From Octopus sinensis (Eukaryota): 59,103 nt of DNA. Each line of letters opens with the position of its first letter. Positions within the stretch are counted from its first letter, which is position 1. Made by a program: the position numbers and the translations under genes. Below, in pieces: positions 27,011 through 41,192 of the stretch. The stretch lies in contig NW_021833623.1 in the NCBI RefSeq assembly GCF_006345805.1, forward strand, positions 1-59,103, in the 5' to 3' direction. The notes beneath the pieces were generated by a model. That model was not told the DNA's origin. It saw only the letters and a list, made by a program, of their open reading frames with translations, and did no database searches.

Positions 27011-27277
27011 AGAAACACAAGTTAGATGAAAGAATGTTGGTCGATGGTCACGTGGGAGCCCGTGATCAAAGGAGGAGAAGTGAGGGGGAGAGAGAGTGAC
27101 AGAGTAATAGGATAGAATAGTGGTAGAAGAGGAGGTAAAAGAATAAGAGAGAGAAAGAGAGAAAAATGAAAGAGTAAAAAGATCGTATTGAGTTCTCATC
27201 AGAAGTATTACGATAAAACTTACTTAGAGGAGGATGCGATGCGTTCAATCATATAATAATATAAATAATATATATAT

Positions 27278-27453
27278 ATACCGGAGTAAACACATAAATG
27301 TGAAACAAGGTGGAAAAAAGAGTACTCAAATAGCAGTGGTAGTGTAATATGCTTTATTTAAGGCAGCAGAAAATTCAACAAAACCTGTTACTCTGAGTTT
27401 CCCGTTACTCAGAGTAACAGGTTTTGTTGAATTTTTTGCTGCTTTAAATAAAG
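27278..27453. mobile_element. Fold-back hairpin element (Penelope-like pLTR derivative), copy 1
   Basis: Palindrome 27352-27453 (arms ~47 bp, apex ttcccgtt); left arm continues to (TA)n; same architecture as 44926-45103. Confidence 0.75.
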
Positions 27454-28201
27454 TATATATATATATGTATGTATATACATATATACATATATACTTAAGT
27501 ATATGTACATACATCTATACGTATATATATATATATATATATATATGCTTTTATGAAGGTTTTACGTCAGTACTTATTGTATCACCTACTTTTGACAAAC
27601 TCCCCAGTTACGCAGGCGTAAAGATACCAACATCGGCTGTCAGACGTTATAAGAGGAGAAGCACAAACACGGAGACATACGCACGCATGGATACGTATAT
27701 ATGTGGGTGTATGTGTGTGAGTGGATGTGTATAATGTGTGTACATTTAATTATATGTGTGTGCCGTGTGTCACAGGAAATTGGTATATTTTAAGCTATTG
27801 TGACCGTCTTCCTATTCCACAACTTGGCATTCAAGCAAATATAATTTGATAATGTAAACCTCAGATTTCAGTAACTGCGGAGGTTGTGTATAACCATTGT
27901 ATTATATTCCGATAGTGGCCAGTACGACCATACAAGAATCATAGAATAAACCACTCTTAAATTACGTTCTTATTCGACGAAACATTATTCAAAATTGTGT
28001 GATTACGTGTGTGTAAATATTACACGATATTTCAAATTAATATGACATATATAAATATGAAACATCATTACGTACGGAAAGTTTTATAGCAATATCTAGA
28101 ATTATAAAAATAAATAAATAAATATATATATATAATTATACTCGTAAATGTATATACAAGAGCACACAAACACAAGCACAAGCACACACATACACACAGA
28201 T

Positions 28202-28270
<69 letters not shown>

Positions 28271-28479
28271 ATTATATATATATACATATATATGTACATA
28301 CATACATATATATATCTATAAGCTCACAAACACAAACGTGTATATGAATATTATACATATACACATATATATGTCTATATATTTATTTATATATATATAT
28401 ATATTATATATGAATATATATACACATATAAATTTATATATATACATACACACATATATATGAAATACATATAGTTCAA

Positions 28480-28790
28480 ATTTCCAGAAAGCAAACCAAG
28501 ACAAGAAAACACGACATGTAGATGTATTAAGTGAACGCTCAGCAAGAATGGTGAAGTCTTCGATGTTTCGAGCCTATGCTCTTCGAAAGAAAATGTGAGA
28601 GGTAAAAAAAGAAAAATGGAGCGAAAACGATAAAAACGGAGAGAGAAAAAAATGTGTAGGTACAACATGATGAAGTAGTTGGAAGAAAGAGTCTGAATGA
28701 ATTGGAGATAATAATGGGCACAAGGACGAACTGGTTTGCACAAGCGAATGTTTCTATTTGAGAACGCTGCATGTACATTTGTACGTATGA
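28480..28790 (-). mobile_element. Penelope-like pLTR 3' portion with decayed hammerhead motif (28555-28593)
   Basis: Minus strand ctttcga-a-gagc(atag)gctc-gaaacatcgaagac followed by ttgctgagcg; homologous to 15226-15280. Confidence 0.5.
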
Positions 28791-28990
28791 AAGGAGGCGA
28801 GTTCCAGTAAATATAGGAGTGGACGAGCTTAAAACTATGTAGTCCTGTGTGTGCTTGTGTGCATTATTAATCTAGTGTGCATATTTTGTGGATCGATGTG
28901 CGTTTCGTGTACTGGTGTGTATTTCTGTGTGAGTTTGGACCTATATATATATATATATATATATAAATACATATATAAATACATAAATAA

Positions 28991-29036
<46 letters not shown>

Positions 29037-29094
29037 CATGTGTATATATGTGTATGCCTCTCTCTCTCTCGCTCTGCATATATATGTATGTGTG

Positions 29095-29129
<35 letters not shown>

Positions 29130-29568
29130 TTTAAGGTAAGATTATGTATATTTCCGCTCACACAAACATACACAGACAAATATACACACATATACACATA
29201 CAAACCACCTCCCACACTAGCTAAAGAATGCAGTCTGAGACACTATGTCACCGAATTCAGTATGTATGACATTCATTTCTTGTTGAATCAAATTTCTGGC
29301 AATCTCGATATATTCTACACCACTTAGCTATTTCACAATCTATTATTTTCAACGTATATTCTCAATAGATTTGAAATTATATGATGGCTGCTTCACTAGA
29401 TGGCAAACACCGAAGATATATGCATACATGCATGTATTTACGCATATATTTATGCAAGCATACATTCATACATAGATATACGTAAATATATGTATACTTA
29501 AATATTAAATATGCTGATATATATACATACAAGTATACACGCACACACACACACACTTATATATATAT

Positions 29569-29625
<57 letters not shown>

Positions 29626-30231
29626 TATATATATATATACGTGTGTGTGTGTGTAAGTGCACGAGTGAGTGTCTATATGTGTGTGCGTGTTTTCTGTGTA
29701 TTTGTGAGTGACTGCATGTGTGTGTACGTGAAAACACTGAAAATGACTCTTCGGGAACATCAATTTCCCATATCACTGATGCATAATATGTATATATGCA
29801 GCAGCATGTATGCGTGTGTGAATTTGTGTGAGTGTGTGTATTTGCGTGTGCCTGTCGATATATTATATATATATATATATCCTTATGTATGTATGTATTG
29901 TTGTATATATATATATATATATACACACATACACACATATATATATACATGTATATTCACGCAGGTTATATATATTTATATATATATCATATATATATAT
30001 ATCTATATATATAATATATATACTATACATGAGAGTGTATATATATCTGCGGGTTCAGTGTATATGACTATGTATGTATATATATGTATATATATATACT
30101 TACTATACTTTATAAAAATAAAAGTAATTAAAAAGTCCTATTTGTTGCATTAATAGCTATATTCTACTAGTTTCCATCGCATAAATAAGTCACCAATCAA
30201 GATTGGGAATATGTAAAATTGTTATAGGTCT

Positions 30232-30269
<38 letters not shown>

Positions 30270-30278
30270 ATATATATA

Positions 30279-30320
<42 letters not shown>

Positions 30321-30409
30321 TTATCCTTTATATATGTAAATATACGTATATATATACAGGTATACAGATTTGATGTTTATATATTTTGGTATAGATGGAT
30401 ATATATATA

Positions 30410-30483
<74 letters not shown>

Positions 30484-30490
30484 GTGTATG

Positions 30491-30534
<44 letters not shown>

Positions 30535-30921
30535 TGTGTGTGCGGGGGGTGTAGGTAATTGAAATCTCTTCAAAAATATTCGTCGATGCTTTTCATTAAT
30601 ATTTCCATTGTATTTTAACCACTTTTTCCCCTGCCTACAAAATGTTCTCTGTACAAATATAATTCAATAAATACATAAATGTGTAAATAATGAAATAGAA
30701 GTGGAAATGCTGAGATATAAAGTTGGAGGGGAGCTGATGGGTCCAATTACCTCAGTATATAAGTGATATATCTCATATATACTGATGTATGTACGGTAAG
30801 TGATTTTTACTTAACCAAAATGAAAATAATGTGAAAGACAAATTAGTTCTATCATGTACTTTAGTGACAACTGGTATTTATTCTGACATTCGCATATCTA
30901 TGTATACATACATAGATTATA

Positions 30922-30957
<36 letters not shown>

Positions 30958-31429
30958 ATATATATAGATATATGTTGTTGGTGTTTTTGTCTCATTTGGT
31001 CTAAAGTCGTATGACAACCACCGTTATATATTTTGTTTATTCATACTGTTTTCAATTTCGTTTTCGTCTCTTGTATTTACATCCTCTTGTGCGTTCACAT
31101 TCCTGTCTTCTACCAAGAATCTAATGCTTACATAGTTTTTTTCTTGGGGCTGGCCGATTGGAGCAAATATCAGAATGAACAGCCGAAATTTGCTATGATG
31201 ATTCGGTGTCTGACTGAAGATTGAAGGCTTCGAAGGATTTGTCTGTGTTCCGGTTCGTCCTTCCTGTATTTCACGTTCATATATATAAAAACATTCATTC
31301 TTATATATATATATATATATAATATATATACAATATAATAACATATTGGTATATATATATGTATATATATATGTATATATATATATACAGATATATGTGT
31401 ATGTGATAAGCAGGTGTATTTTTAATCTA

Positions 31430-31620
31430 TATTACCTGTCTCAAGAAAACTAAGAGAAAAACGTGATGAGTGAAAATAAACTACACAATCAATCTCTATT
31501 ATATTGAAGTTCAAGAATATTGGAAGTCGACTTTAAGGTTTCGAGCATATGCTCTTGTAGAGAAAAGATAAAAAAAGAGACGAGAATACTAAGAAAAGAA
31601 CGACAGTGTCTCAATTCTCT
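31430..31620 (-). mobile_element. Penelope-like pLTR fragment with decayed hammerhead motif (31529-31568)
   Basis: Minus strand ctctaca-a-gagc(atat)gctc-gaaaccttaaag. Confidence 0.45.
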
Positions 31621-32133
31621 GTCTCTAAATACATACAAATGGCATTTCTATGAGCCTAAAGCTTATACCGACCACCGTGTGATAACTAAGGAAAATAGTC
31701 CAATAATGGGGGATATATATGTATATATGCATACATAAATATATGTATTTAAATGTACATTTGTATGCATACACATCACACATACACACACACACACACA
31801 TATATATATGTATATATATTTAGGCAACGGAGAATGCTGAAACCGATGTTAGTATAAGAAATTTTCGGTTAGTATTTTCGGACGATTATAGTTCCTATCA
31901 GTGTATTGACTAAAAAAAACCCTCGTGCATTTCTAGCAATGTAGATATATCTAACAACCTGGGTATATTTAGAGACGATTATGGCTTTCCTGTTTGGCAA
32001 ACATAACGTACAGATGTTTATATTAATTTTATGCATACGTATTAGGGATTCACTAAATCATCCGTAATTCTTACGGTGAAAAGTTAGATATTGGTAGAAA
32101 ATTAAATCTGGAATCTACTGAAGTCGAGTCAGT

Positions 32134-32180
32134 TCTTACTGATGAGGCAACGGAAATTGCCGGAACAAACGTTAGTGTGA
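32134..32180 (+). ncRNA. Hammerhead-like motif with canonical CTGATGA core, probably inactive
   Basis: tctta-CTGATGA-GGCAA(cggaaa)TTGCC-GGAAC-aaac-GTTA: perfect 5-bp stem II; GAAAC reads GGAAC; stem I 3' strand degraded. Confidence 0.45.
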
Positions 32181-32372
32181 GATAATTTCGATCGGTGCTT
32201 CAGATGATTATAGCCCGTATCAGCATATATGTATACAATTATGTGCTTTGACGACAGTATTAGATCATTTTGCGTTATTTCTAGCAATGTAGGTGCTTCT
32301 AAGACTCTACTTATATTTAATGAAAATTATAGTTTTCCTATTTCTTAAAGATTGCTCACTGCTGTCTATATT

Positions 32373-32411
<39 letters not shown>

Positions 32412-32428
32412 CGTGTGTGTGTGTGTGT

Positions 32429-32477
<49 letters not shown>

Positions 32478-32851
32478 GTGTGTGCAAGTATCTATATGTA
32501 ATTACAGTACTGTGAAGTTCCAGGTGCTACTATTAATCTCCATTTCGGGTCAAACATATATGCAAGTATGTAAGTATATGTATATAGAATTAATCCAAAC
32601 AAGAAAATACAAAAAACCAAAAACAAAACACAACAACGCGAGGACGTGGAACAAATAAAGTATTATTGGACGCTCAGGAAAGAAGGGAAGAAGGAGATAC
32701 ATACACACATATATTTATATATATGTGTGTGTATATGTGCGTCTGTGCGTGCGTGTGTGTATTTGATCTGTGTATGCATATATATATGTACGAAGATCCA
32801 AAGACAAGGCAATTAGTTAAAACTTTTAACGCCTTCTCGGTTCTACTAGAC

Positions 32852-33193
32852 TAGTGGCTATCATCCCAGATCTATATGATTCCTAGGGGAGCGTATATGA
32901 TTTTTTGGGGGGGTTCTATAAATGATTTTGGGAGTCTGCATTAAGAACATAGTAAATGGGTCCATGATATTAGGATTTAAATGCATGTTTTGCAAGAAAC
33001 GTTTAGGTTTCTTTCTCTAACACTCTAGACAGTACGACCTGTACAAGTGAATCAGAGAATAACAACATTGGAGACTTTGAAAGCAGTATCTATAAAATTA
33101 GGTTTTAAACGTCGAATGGCTATGGGTGTCCACCCGATTAAAACAGCAAACAGTCGGGTCCATAAAAAAACAATAAATTGTTGAGAACCACTG
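32852..33193. mobile_element. Non-autonomous hAT element
   Basis: Right TIR ttgagaaccactg, decayed left TIR tagtggctatca; flanks tactagac / atcgagat resemble the NTCTAGAN Charlie-type target. Confidence 0.6.
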
Positions 33194-33780
33194 ATCGAGA
33201 TCAAAGCAAGTGAAACAAAATTCGGAAGAAGAAAGAAATAGATATCGCAAATTGTGTACAGCAGATAATATTTAATATCATTTTGAATACCTGTACTACC
33301 TTAGATGTTTACTGCAATAAGTAAACTATTTATCAAATCCAGATACGTTAATATAATCCTCCTCTCTACATTTAATCAATGAAACACGATTAATCCATTT
33401 ATAATTGATCGTAATCCGGCTGTAGTATTTAAGGAATTTACATCTTGGCCTTTAACAGCCAATATTATTTCGCTACTTCTAATATCAATGTGTCATCTAT
33501 GATATCACACTGTATTAAGATTGATGTATATTATCTCTGAATTTCTGACTTGTTTCCATTCAGTGAAATGTGGAATAATCTATACACATTATAATAATGC
33601 ACACTGCAGTTTCCATACATAGGTGCATACATACACACGTACATAAATAAAAACGTACATACATACGTGTACACATATACACACACACATATATATATAT
33701 ATACGTATGTTTAACTTTACTCAACATTCTCTTCTTATGACATATTGTCACCGGTACATACATATACATATATACATATG

Positions 33781-33838
<58 letters not shown>

Positions 33839-34588
33839 GCACTGAAAATTATCTTGAACATGTATCTCATATTAAAAGTTAGGGTTGTCCTAAATCTTGT
33901 CAATGAATTTATAAATGCCAAAAGTCTAAAGCTGTCCATCCGGTTGACTGTACCCGTAATTAAAGGTAATAGCCATACAATGTCTGCCAAATACATCTGT
34001 TTTATTCAATTACAGACGTAATTACATCGTGGTACGTAATGTTAATGGCTGATTATTTCAATCAACAATGATTACATCTAGACTGACACATCACCTGGAA
34101 TAACACTAATTAAGGATCTCATCGCAAAGCAATTGTTACGCAGTAAATTCTTTGCCTTAAATTAAATCGATTCGTAATTTCAATGCTGGTTGATTCTGTC
34201 ACCTCGAATTTTTATTGTCTAGTCATTTCAACGTAAAGTGATTTCGTTGCCTCAAAATTTATCGTCTGCTGATTTCAAAGCAACGTGATTACATCGCTTA
34301 CAATCCTATCGTCCGGCAATTTCAAAGGAAGTCGATTACATCAATTAGAATTTTATCGCCAAGTATTTTCAAGGTAATGTGAATATATTACATTAAATAT
34401 ATCGCCAGTCATAATGGCAATGAATAAAAAGATTATATAGCGAACCAATGGATCGTTGTTGAATTCATCATGATACCTTTTACCGCACAATAAATACCTG
34501 ACTACCCAGAGATTAGTGGTTTTCTTTTCTGTTTTTAATCGCAGACTAAAATGCATTGCATACCATCAACAATAAAGTAGAAATTCAA

Positions 34589-34678
<90 letters not shown>

Positions 34679-34951
34679 TGACATTTCTGTGATAACGATC
34701 CCTATTGATCATTTTTTTTTCCTCTCCCCCCCCTTTTTTTTTTTTTTTTAACCCCCCTTATTTTTGTCCTCTTTCTCTCCTTTTACGATCCCTTTTGATC
34801 GAACCTCCCCCTCCTTTTTTTTTTTTTTTTTTTTTTTAATACCTTCAAAAGAAAAGCTCTACCTTATTTGTTCTATCTGTGTGCAGCCCTGTGGCAATAA
34901 AGAAACATATCTATATATCTATCTATGTATCTATCTACCTATCTCTTATCG

Positions 34952-34992
<41 letters not shown>

Positions 34993-35107
34993 CGCCTATC
35001 TATCTATCTATCGCTCTCTTCTTCTTCTAGCCCTCTCTCTTCTCTATCTTCTTCTCTCCTTCTCTCTCTTCTCTCTCTCTCTCTCTCTCCCTATATATAT
35101 CTATATC

Positions 35108-35139
<32 letters not shown>

Positions 35140-36989
35140 GGTGTGTGGTGTGTGTATGTTGTGTGTGTGTGTGTGTGTGTGTAAAATGTAATCACAATGG
35201 AAATACGCAAACCAAAACAAGTGAAAGTTATTCATAAAAATAGATTCAGAAACTCACGTAATAAAACGATAAGAAAATTTTAAATTGGGGGAACGAAAAG
35301 AAAGAAAAATTCCTTCTAGAAATGATTAGCAATGTGTCTTAAATAAACCCGTATTTTGCGATTTTGATATTAATATAAGATAAATTGAATCTCCGCTGCG
35401 TTACCTTTACATTTCCTTTTGCACAGGGGATTTTTTTCACTTTATGTATTTGCTGTTCCATTATTCGCTTTATTTTTTCCTGATTCTACGTTTGATCTTT
35501 CCCCAAGTTTGTTGAAACTTCCTAGATCGTAGATCGGATTATTTTTGCCTTTGAAATTCGATTATTGTTCCGATTCTCGAATAGTTCTTTTTGAAAAGTT
35601 ATAAAAAAAAATGTTTTCCAAATCTTAAGATCGAAATTATTGCCTTTTAACCTATATATTTATTGTATTGCTAATAAAATGTGATGTACAGTGTGGGGGC
35701 AGCATAAAAAAAAACCCTCCTTTACTTTTCTTGACAAACATTTCTGAAGAGTAAGCCATAATGCACACTAGTTCGAAGTCCATAACAATAGCAAATAACT
35801 GAAAGATATAAGATTTATGAAGATAAGATTCTTTTGCTCATGCCACTTCAAAGTTCGTGTAAAATAAGGTCGGTTTTTTCTGCCCTACAATGTATTTAGT
35901 CCGCGTTTAAACAAGCATTATGATGAAATTACCGATAGAATTATGAATCACGGTGAAACTCTTTTTTATAATGTAAATAACCGGCGATGGAAATTCAAGG
36001 AATGAATTAACTCCGATGCAATAACCTAGGATCGCTGAAGTTACAGTGATCCTAGCCATGTCATATACGATCAAATTAACGCAGGCAAATTCACAAGTAA
36101 GTTCTTTTGTCATCTGTGCTCTGTGGGGGGCTTTGAATGGGGAGACAAGCATGCTCACAATACTGCAGTATGTCTAAGTCCCCTAGCAGCAGTCAACCGT
36201 TAAATCGCATGTGTTACGAACAGATATTATCTATGGTTGGGAGACAATCTCCGATGACAGACAACTATCAGCGATCTTTTAATCTGTCAGAATGTATTAA
36301 GTATGAATAGGTGCACTACTATTGAATTGTTGCTGCTCTGCGTGTGGTGAATATTTTCTTTTTGTTATTACTTTTATGGCTCATGCTAAAATCAGAAATG
36401 TTGTAAAGTTGGTTACAATTCAGAATCTAAAATCAATTTTGTGCAGCATCTTACAGATTCTAAAAGTCAACGGCCTCCTCAGCTTCCATTTGTTCTTCTT
36501 CACTTACATCAAAACTTTTAAACAAATACATCGACGTTGAAACTTAGGAATACACTAACTAATGAAAACACTTCTTAATAAACTAAATGAACACGCACAC
36601 ATGTACAGACATACACGTACATTTATGAAAAAAAAAGGAGAGAGAAGTTAACACCTAATGTGGTATTTCAATGATTCTTCGTAGATGTTCTCTTGCGTCA
36701 TGGGTCTTCACCTGTTGGAAGCTTTGTATATGCGAGTGTGGTCATTATTGTCTAAACAAAGAATCTAATTAATGGCTGTCTGCGGAAAATATTAATGGTA
36801 ATAAAAAAAATATATATATATTATATATATATGAATATATAGAACTGTTATCTAAGAACAATGGATTTCACTGGAATAGCTAGCTCAAGAACCCGTTGAA
36901 CGACAGCGACATGAACAACAGCAACAACAATACTAATGAGGGAAAGCGGAAGTAAGAGAAGGAGGACGGGGATAAGAAGACGGGGAAAA

Positions 36990-37123
36990 TGAAGAGGGTA
37001 AGAAGTGGAATTAGAAGAAGAAGAAGAAGAAGAAGAGGAAGAGGAGAAAAAGAAGAAGAAGAAGACGAAGCAAGAAGAAGAAGAAGAAGAAGAAGAAGAA
37101 GAAGAAGAAGAAGAAAAATAATG

Positions 37124-37178
<55 letters not shown>

Positions 37179-37345
37179 GAAGAAGAAGAAGAAGAAGAAG
37201 AAAATTTAGTAGTAGTAGTGTAAGTGGTAGTAGTAGCGGCAGCAGCTGCAGCAGCGGCAGCAGTAGTAGTACGAGAAGGAGGAGAGAACTGAGGACGAAG
37301 AAAATTAAGAAAAAAGCAAAGAAGGCCGAGAAGAAGATGAAGAGA
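36990..37345. repeat. Compound trinucleotide array (AGA)n-(ATA)n-(AGA)n-(AGT)n-(AGC)n
   Basis: Direct reading; explains ORFs 36989..37612 and 36880..37374. Confidence 0.95.
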
Positions 37346-37898
37346 AATAATGATGGCCTACATAAAAAAATCAAGTCAGTGCATTATCCGAAACAATGTG
37401 CAAGAAAATTAAAATCTTCTAGCAGGAAAATTCAAGAATCACACACACACATACACATATGCATACGGCACACGCCCATACATACAAACACAATGCAAGA
37501 CACATACAGATGCATACACATAGACGCACGTAGACACACACACAAGATTCTGTTGAATGTTCTCTTAATTCAAGTTGTCAATTATCGAAATTGCATGATG
37601 ATACTTCGTTAATTTACAATTTTTCAGCTTGTCAGAACACTTTGTCTGCAGTTAGTGAGTGGTCCTCTTAATGCAACTATAGTATCAGTGACAAAAGGAA
37701 AAGAAAAAAAAATGAAATGTCTGTAAACCATTGTCTAAAAGTTTAAAATTGAATTTAAATAAAAGTATCTTTTTTCGTAGTCAGTATTCTAAAGATAAAA
37801 TTTGGTTGCGCGAGTAACATTCACTTTGAGGTTAAAAAATTATAAGGGCAGCGACTTTATCGATTACAAACAATAAGTTTAAATTTTATGTGAGCATA

Positions 37899-38115
37899 TA
37901 CGAGGGGTTTCTGAAAATTTCCCAGCTTTAGATACGTCACGAAAGACCTTGCTGGATGCCCAACAGCGTGAGGTCTTTTACAGGGCTTAGAAAAGCTGAA
38001 GGACCACTGCATAAGTTTGTGAATCTGTGAGGAAAATAAATTGTTTAAAAACATAAAACTGATCCTCCTGTATTTTCTTTTACCCAAAGTCAGGAACAAT
38101 TCAGCATCTCCTTCT
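37899..38115 (+). mobile_element. Short mariner deletion derivative (MITE-like)
   Basis: Left TIR tacgaggggtttctgaaaa, decayed right TIR ttcagcatctcccttc, residual C-terminal GLEKLKDHC coding. Confidence 0.6.
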
Positions 38116-39433
38116 GACAAGATTCTGACAAATTTTAAAGTTGAAATTTATATAAACACTGAGAGTGTAAAATGTTAAAAGTAAGATTATTTTTCTAAGC
38201 TCTAGTTTGGGTTAATAAATAAATTGTAAAGGTATGTCTATCTTAATGGCAAACAAGAAGGTTTAAGAATATTTTCTGTGGAATGTAAATTTTAAAAAGT
38301 GTTTGCCTAAGCGTACTGACAATGTCAATGGTAAAAGAGGAACTTGAATTTTTGCATCTGTAAGAAAAATGTTTTTAAAATTTTAAATTCGATTTATAAA
38401 AGTATGTGTTCCTCTAGGTTTAATTTGGAAAAAATTCATAACATTTATGTAACTTTTACTCTGGAGTATTTAGTAGATTGTAATTGCAGTGAGGGATATG
38501 TGGACAAACAGGAAACTTACGGTTATGTCAACAAATATGTTTGGAAAAAGTCTCAAGTAAAATTTAATTATCTCTCTGTCGCTGAGGTGGGCATTTTTGA
38601 AAACAATTCTGGTTTATTTGTCTCACTTTTAGATTTACAAGTGGAGTACAAACACAGTGGCAATATCAGTGGTAACTGAGATGTTAAATACGTTTGTAAA
38701 CTTTTAGTCGGGACTTAACTGAAATCTAAGTGTAATAAAAATGTTAGTAACTAACTGAAAATCTTAGGATTAAATATAAAAAATATACAAACAAGGTCCT
38801 AGTTTTTGCCTAGTATTGTCTGTCTGTGGATATTAAAGTGTCTCCGAATTGCGAGACAACGTGTCAAGTTTGAATAAATGTACAGCTGTATGACTAAGAA
38901 GTCTATTTCGTAACTAAATGGTTTCAAATTCCATCACATGCCGTGGTACTTTAGTCAAGATTCATTGACTACAATTTCTGGTTGAACGAAAATTGTGGCT
39001 GAAATTTAAGTTTTAGCGCAACGAAGCAGATTTAAGACTAAAATTATTTCAGTCATGACTATCTTTTTACGTAAGAAACATAGTTCTTTGTCTCCTTCAT
39101 GCTTTAAGAAATTACGGTTTGGTTTGTGGTTACCTAGTTGTTACTTCTCCATGGGGGATCCCGCATGGGCTCAAAATGTGGTAAATAGAAAAAGAGTGCA
39201 AACCCATCGAAGGGAACCACAGTCGTGTTTAGGTGTCCGATTTAATTAATCGTTCACCTAACATAAAATACTGTCCCTTGTGTGCTTGTATCAGAGTCAA
39301 GTCTACAGAAAGAGCCTAGAACGGAACTGTGACGTAAAGGGTATTTCATCTATTTTTTCCTTAATCTTAGAGCACCTCCAAGAGGGCATCTGGCGCTGCT
39401 CTTCACTCTTGTAGTTAAACCGTATAAAATCGT

Positions 39434-39735
39434 GTGGAGGCACATGGCTTAGTTCTTAGAGCAGCGGACTCGCGGTCGAGGGATCGAGGGTTCGACTCTC
39501 AAACCGGGTGATGTGTGTCTTTATGAGCGAAACACATAAGCTCCACGCGGCTCCGGCAGAAGGTAATGGCGAACTTCTGCTAAATCTTTCACCACAACTT
39601 TCTCTCACTCTTTCCTCCTGCCTCTTGCAGCTCACCTGCGACGGACCGGCGTCCCGCTCAGGTGGGGAACCTATACGTCAAGGAAAACGGGAAACCGGCC
39701 CTTATGAGCCAGGCATGACTCGAGAAGGAACAAAC
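39434..39735 (+). mobile_element. Family-A SINE, tail type 3, full length
   Basis: Head with B-box GGTTCGACTCTC, family-A body, tail gcgacggaccggcgtcccg...ccggcccttatgagccaggcatgactcgagaaggaac. Confidence 0.88.
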
Positions 39736-40852
39736 ATATAAAATCGTTGCAACGCCTCCATTTGAATTTAACTAGCGATGTTTTATTTTCGTTTTAAAGT
39801 TTTTAGCGTTAATGCCCCATATACAAAGGATAAACGATCTTAATTGTCACATCCATTTAGCCGTAAGTAGCAGCTACCGAAAAATATATTGAAAAAAAAC
39901 ACTACATTGTTAACACCATAAGCGTATAGAGAGAGATACGATGTTATACTTTTTGAAATTATGTCCTAAGTTACAACATTTCTACCCACAACACGTGGTT
40001 TTAAAAGATACTGTCATTGATAACAGGATGTTAAAGCTGAGCGGAACCGAATAGCTCTCTTCACAGGATTGCTAAGGCCAATAAAAATCCTTCCTGCACA
40101 GTGTTTCACTGTCGATCAATAATTCAATCTTGAAAGATAGAAAATTCATAGGGAAAGGGGTGATATAATCAATAGATGCTATTGATCATACTATATGTGG
40201 TTTGGCAATTTTTGAAATACTCAGTTAATGCAATCCCTTGTCGATATGGGAATTCGATAACATCAAGTCATGTGACAAATAAAAAAAATCTAATATTTAG
40301 GTTGTTGTCTTTGTAAAAAATAGGAAGAGTGAGAACGAGAGGAGGAGTGAGGGAAAGCGACAGCGGAGGAACGGAAGAAAGAGAGTGAGAGGGAACAAAA
40401 TAAAGTAGCTTTGTTGATTTGACTTCTGTATCAGCAAAGTGATAGCACCATTTTTTTTTTCTTTTCTGAAGGAAAGTGCTCAAATCATCAGGGCCTTTGT
40501 TCCCTAATGAACATTACTATATCAAACGGTTTTGTGAACTCTTCTTCGGTGCTGATTATTATCTATATGAAGATTATCAATTTCCGAACATTCCATACTT
40601 TGCACTAACCAACAACGAATTCCATAAGACTGCAGAGTTTCATTAAGTACGAAATGCGACAAAATTGATCATCCGTACTTGCAAGGATAAATTTAAAGCC
40701 ATTTACCAACGAATATAATTGTTTTTTTGACCGTATCTGATATAGATTTGAACTGAAAATTTGATAGATCCAATAGATAAATTTGACATTATATTTATAA
40801 ATATATGTGTGTGTGTGTGTGCATCATCATCATGTATTTGTATATACTAATA

Positions 40853-41063
40853 TTGCCTTCAAATTTTGGCACAAGGACAGAAAATTCGGGAAAGGGAATA
40901 AGTCGATAACATCGATCCCAGTTTTCAAGTGGTACTTATGTTGTTGACATTGAAAGAATGAAAGGCAAAGCCAGTCTAGGTGGAATTTGAACTTAGAACG
41001 TGCAAACGGACGAAATGCCGCTAACCATTTTCCCAACGTGCTAAAGATACTGTAAGCTCGCCG
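40853..41063 (-). mobile_element. Family-C SINE, diverged
   Basis: ggaatttgaacttagaacg and gaaaggcaaag on the plus strand are the reverse complement of the family-C head and body. Confidence 0.75.
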
Positions 41064-41098
<35 letters not shown>

Positions 41099-41130
41099 AA
41101 CGCACACACACAAACGCGCGCACACACACA

Positions 41131-41192
<62 letters not shown>

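Noticed and set aside
30975-31290. Possible further hammerhead (ggctg...cagcc-gaaa)
   Set aside because: CUGANGA core not recognisable (cttggg) and stems I/III not recoverable; probably a pLTR relic but unsupported as a ribozyme
32244-32266. Minus-strand TAATACTGTC matching the 5' end of miR-8/200
   Set aside because: Only 10 nt match, the 3' half differs, and no hairpin partner was seen
36989-37612. 207-aa Arg/Ile/Ser-rich ORF and its poly-Leu antisense
   Set aside because: Entirely explained by the compound trinucleotide array
38460-38520. EYLVDCNCSEGYVD resembling papain-family LVDC motif
   Set aside because: Lacks GCxGG and the catalytic QxxCGSCW region; likely chance
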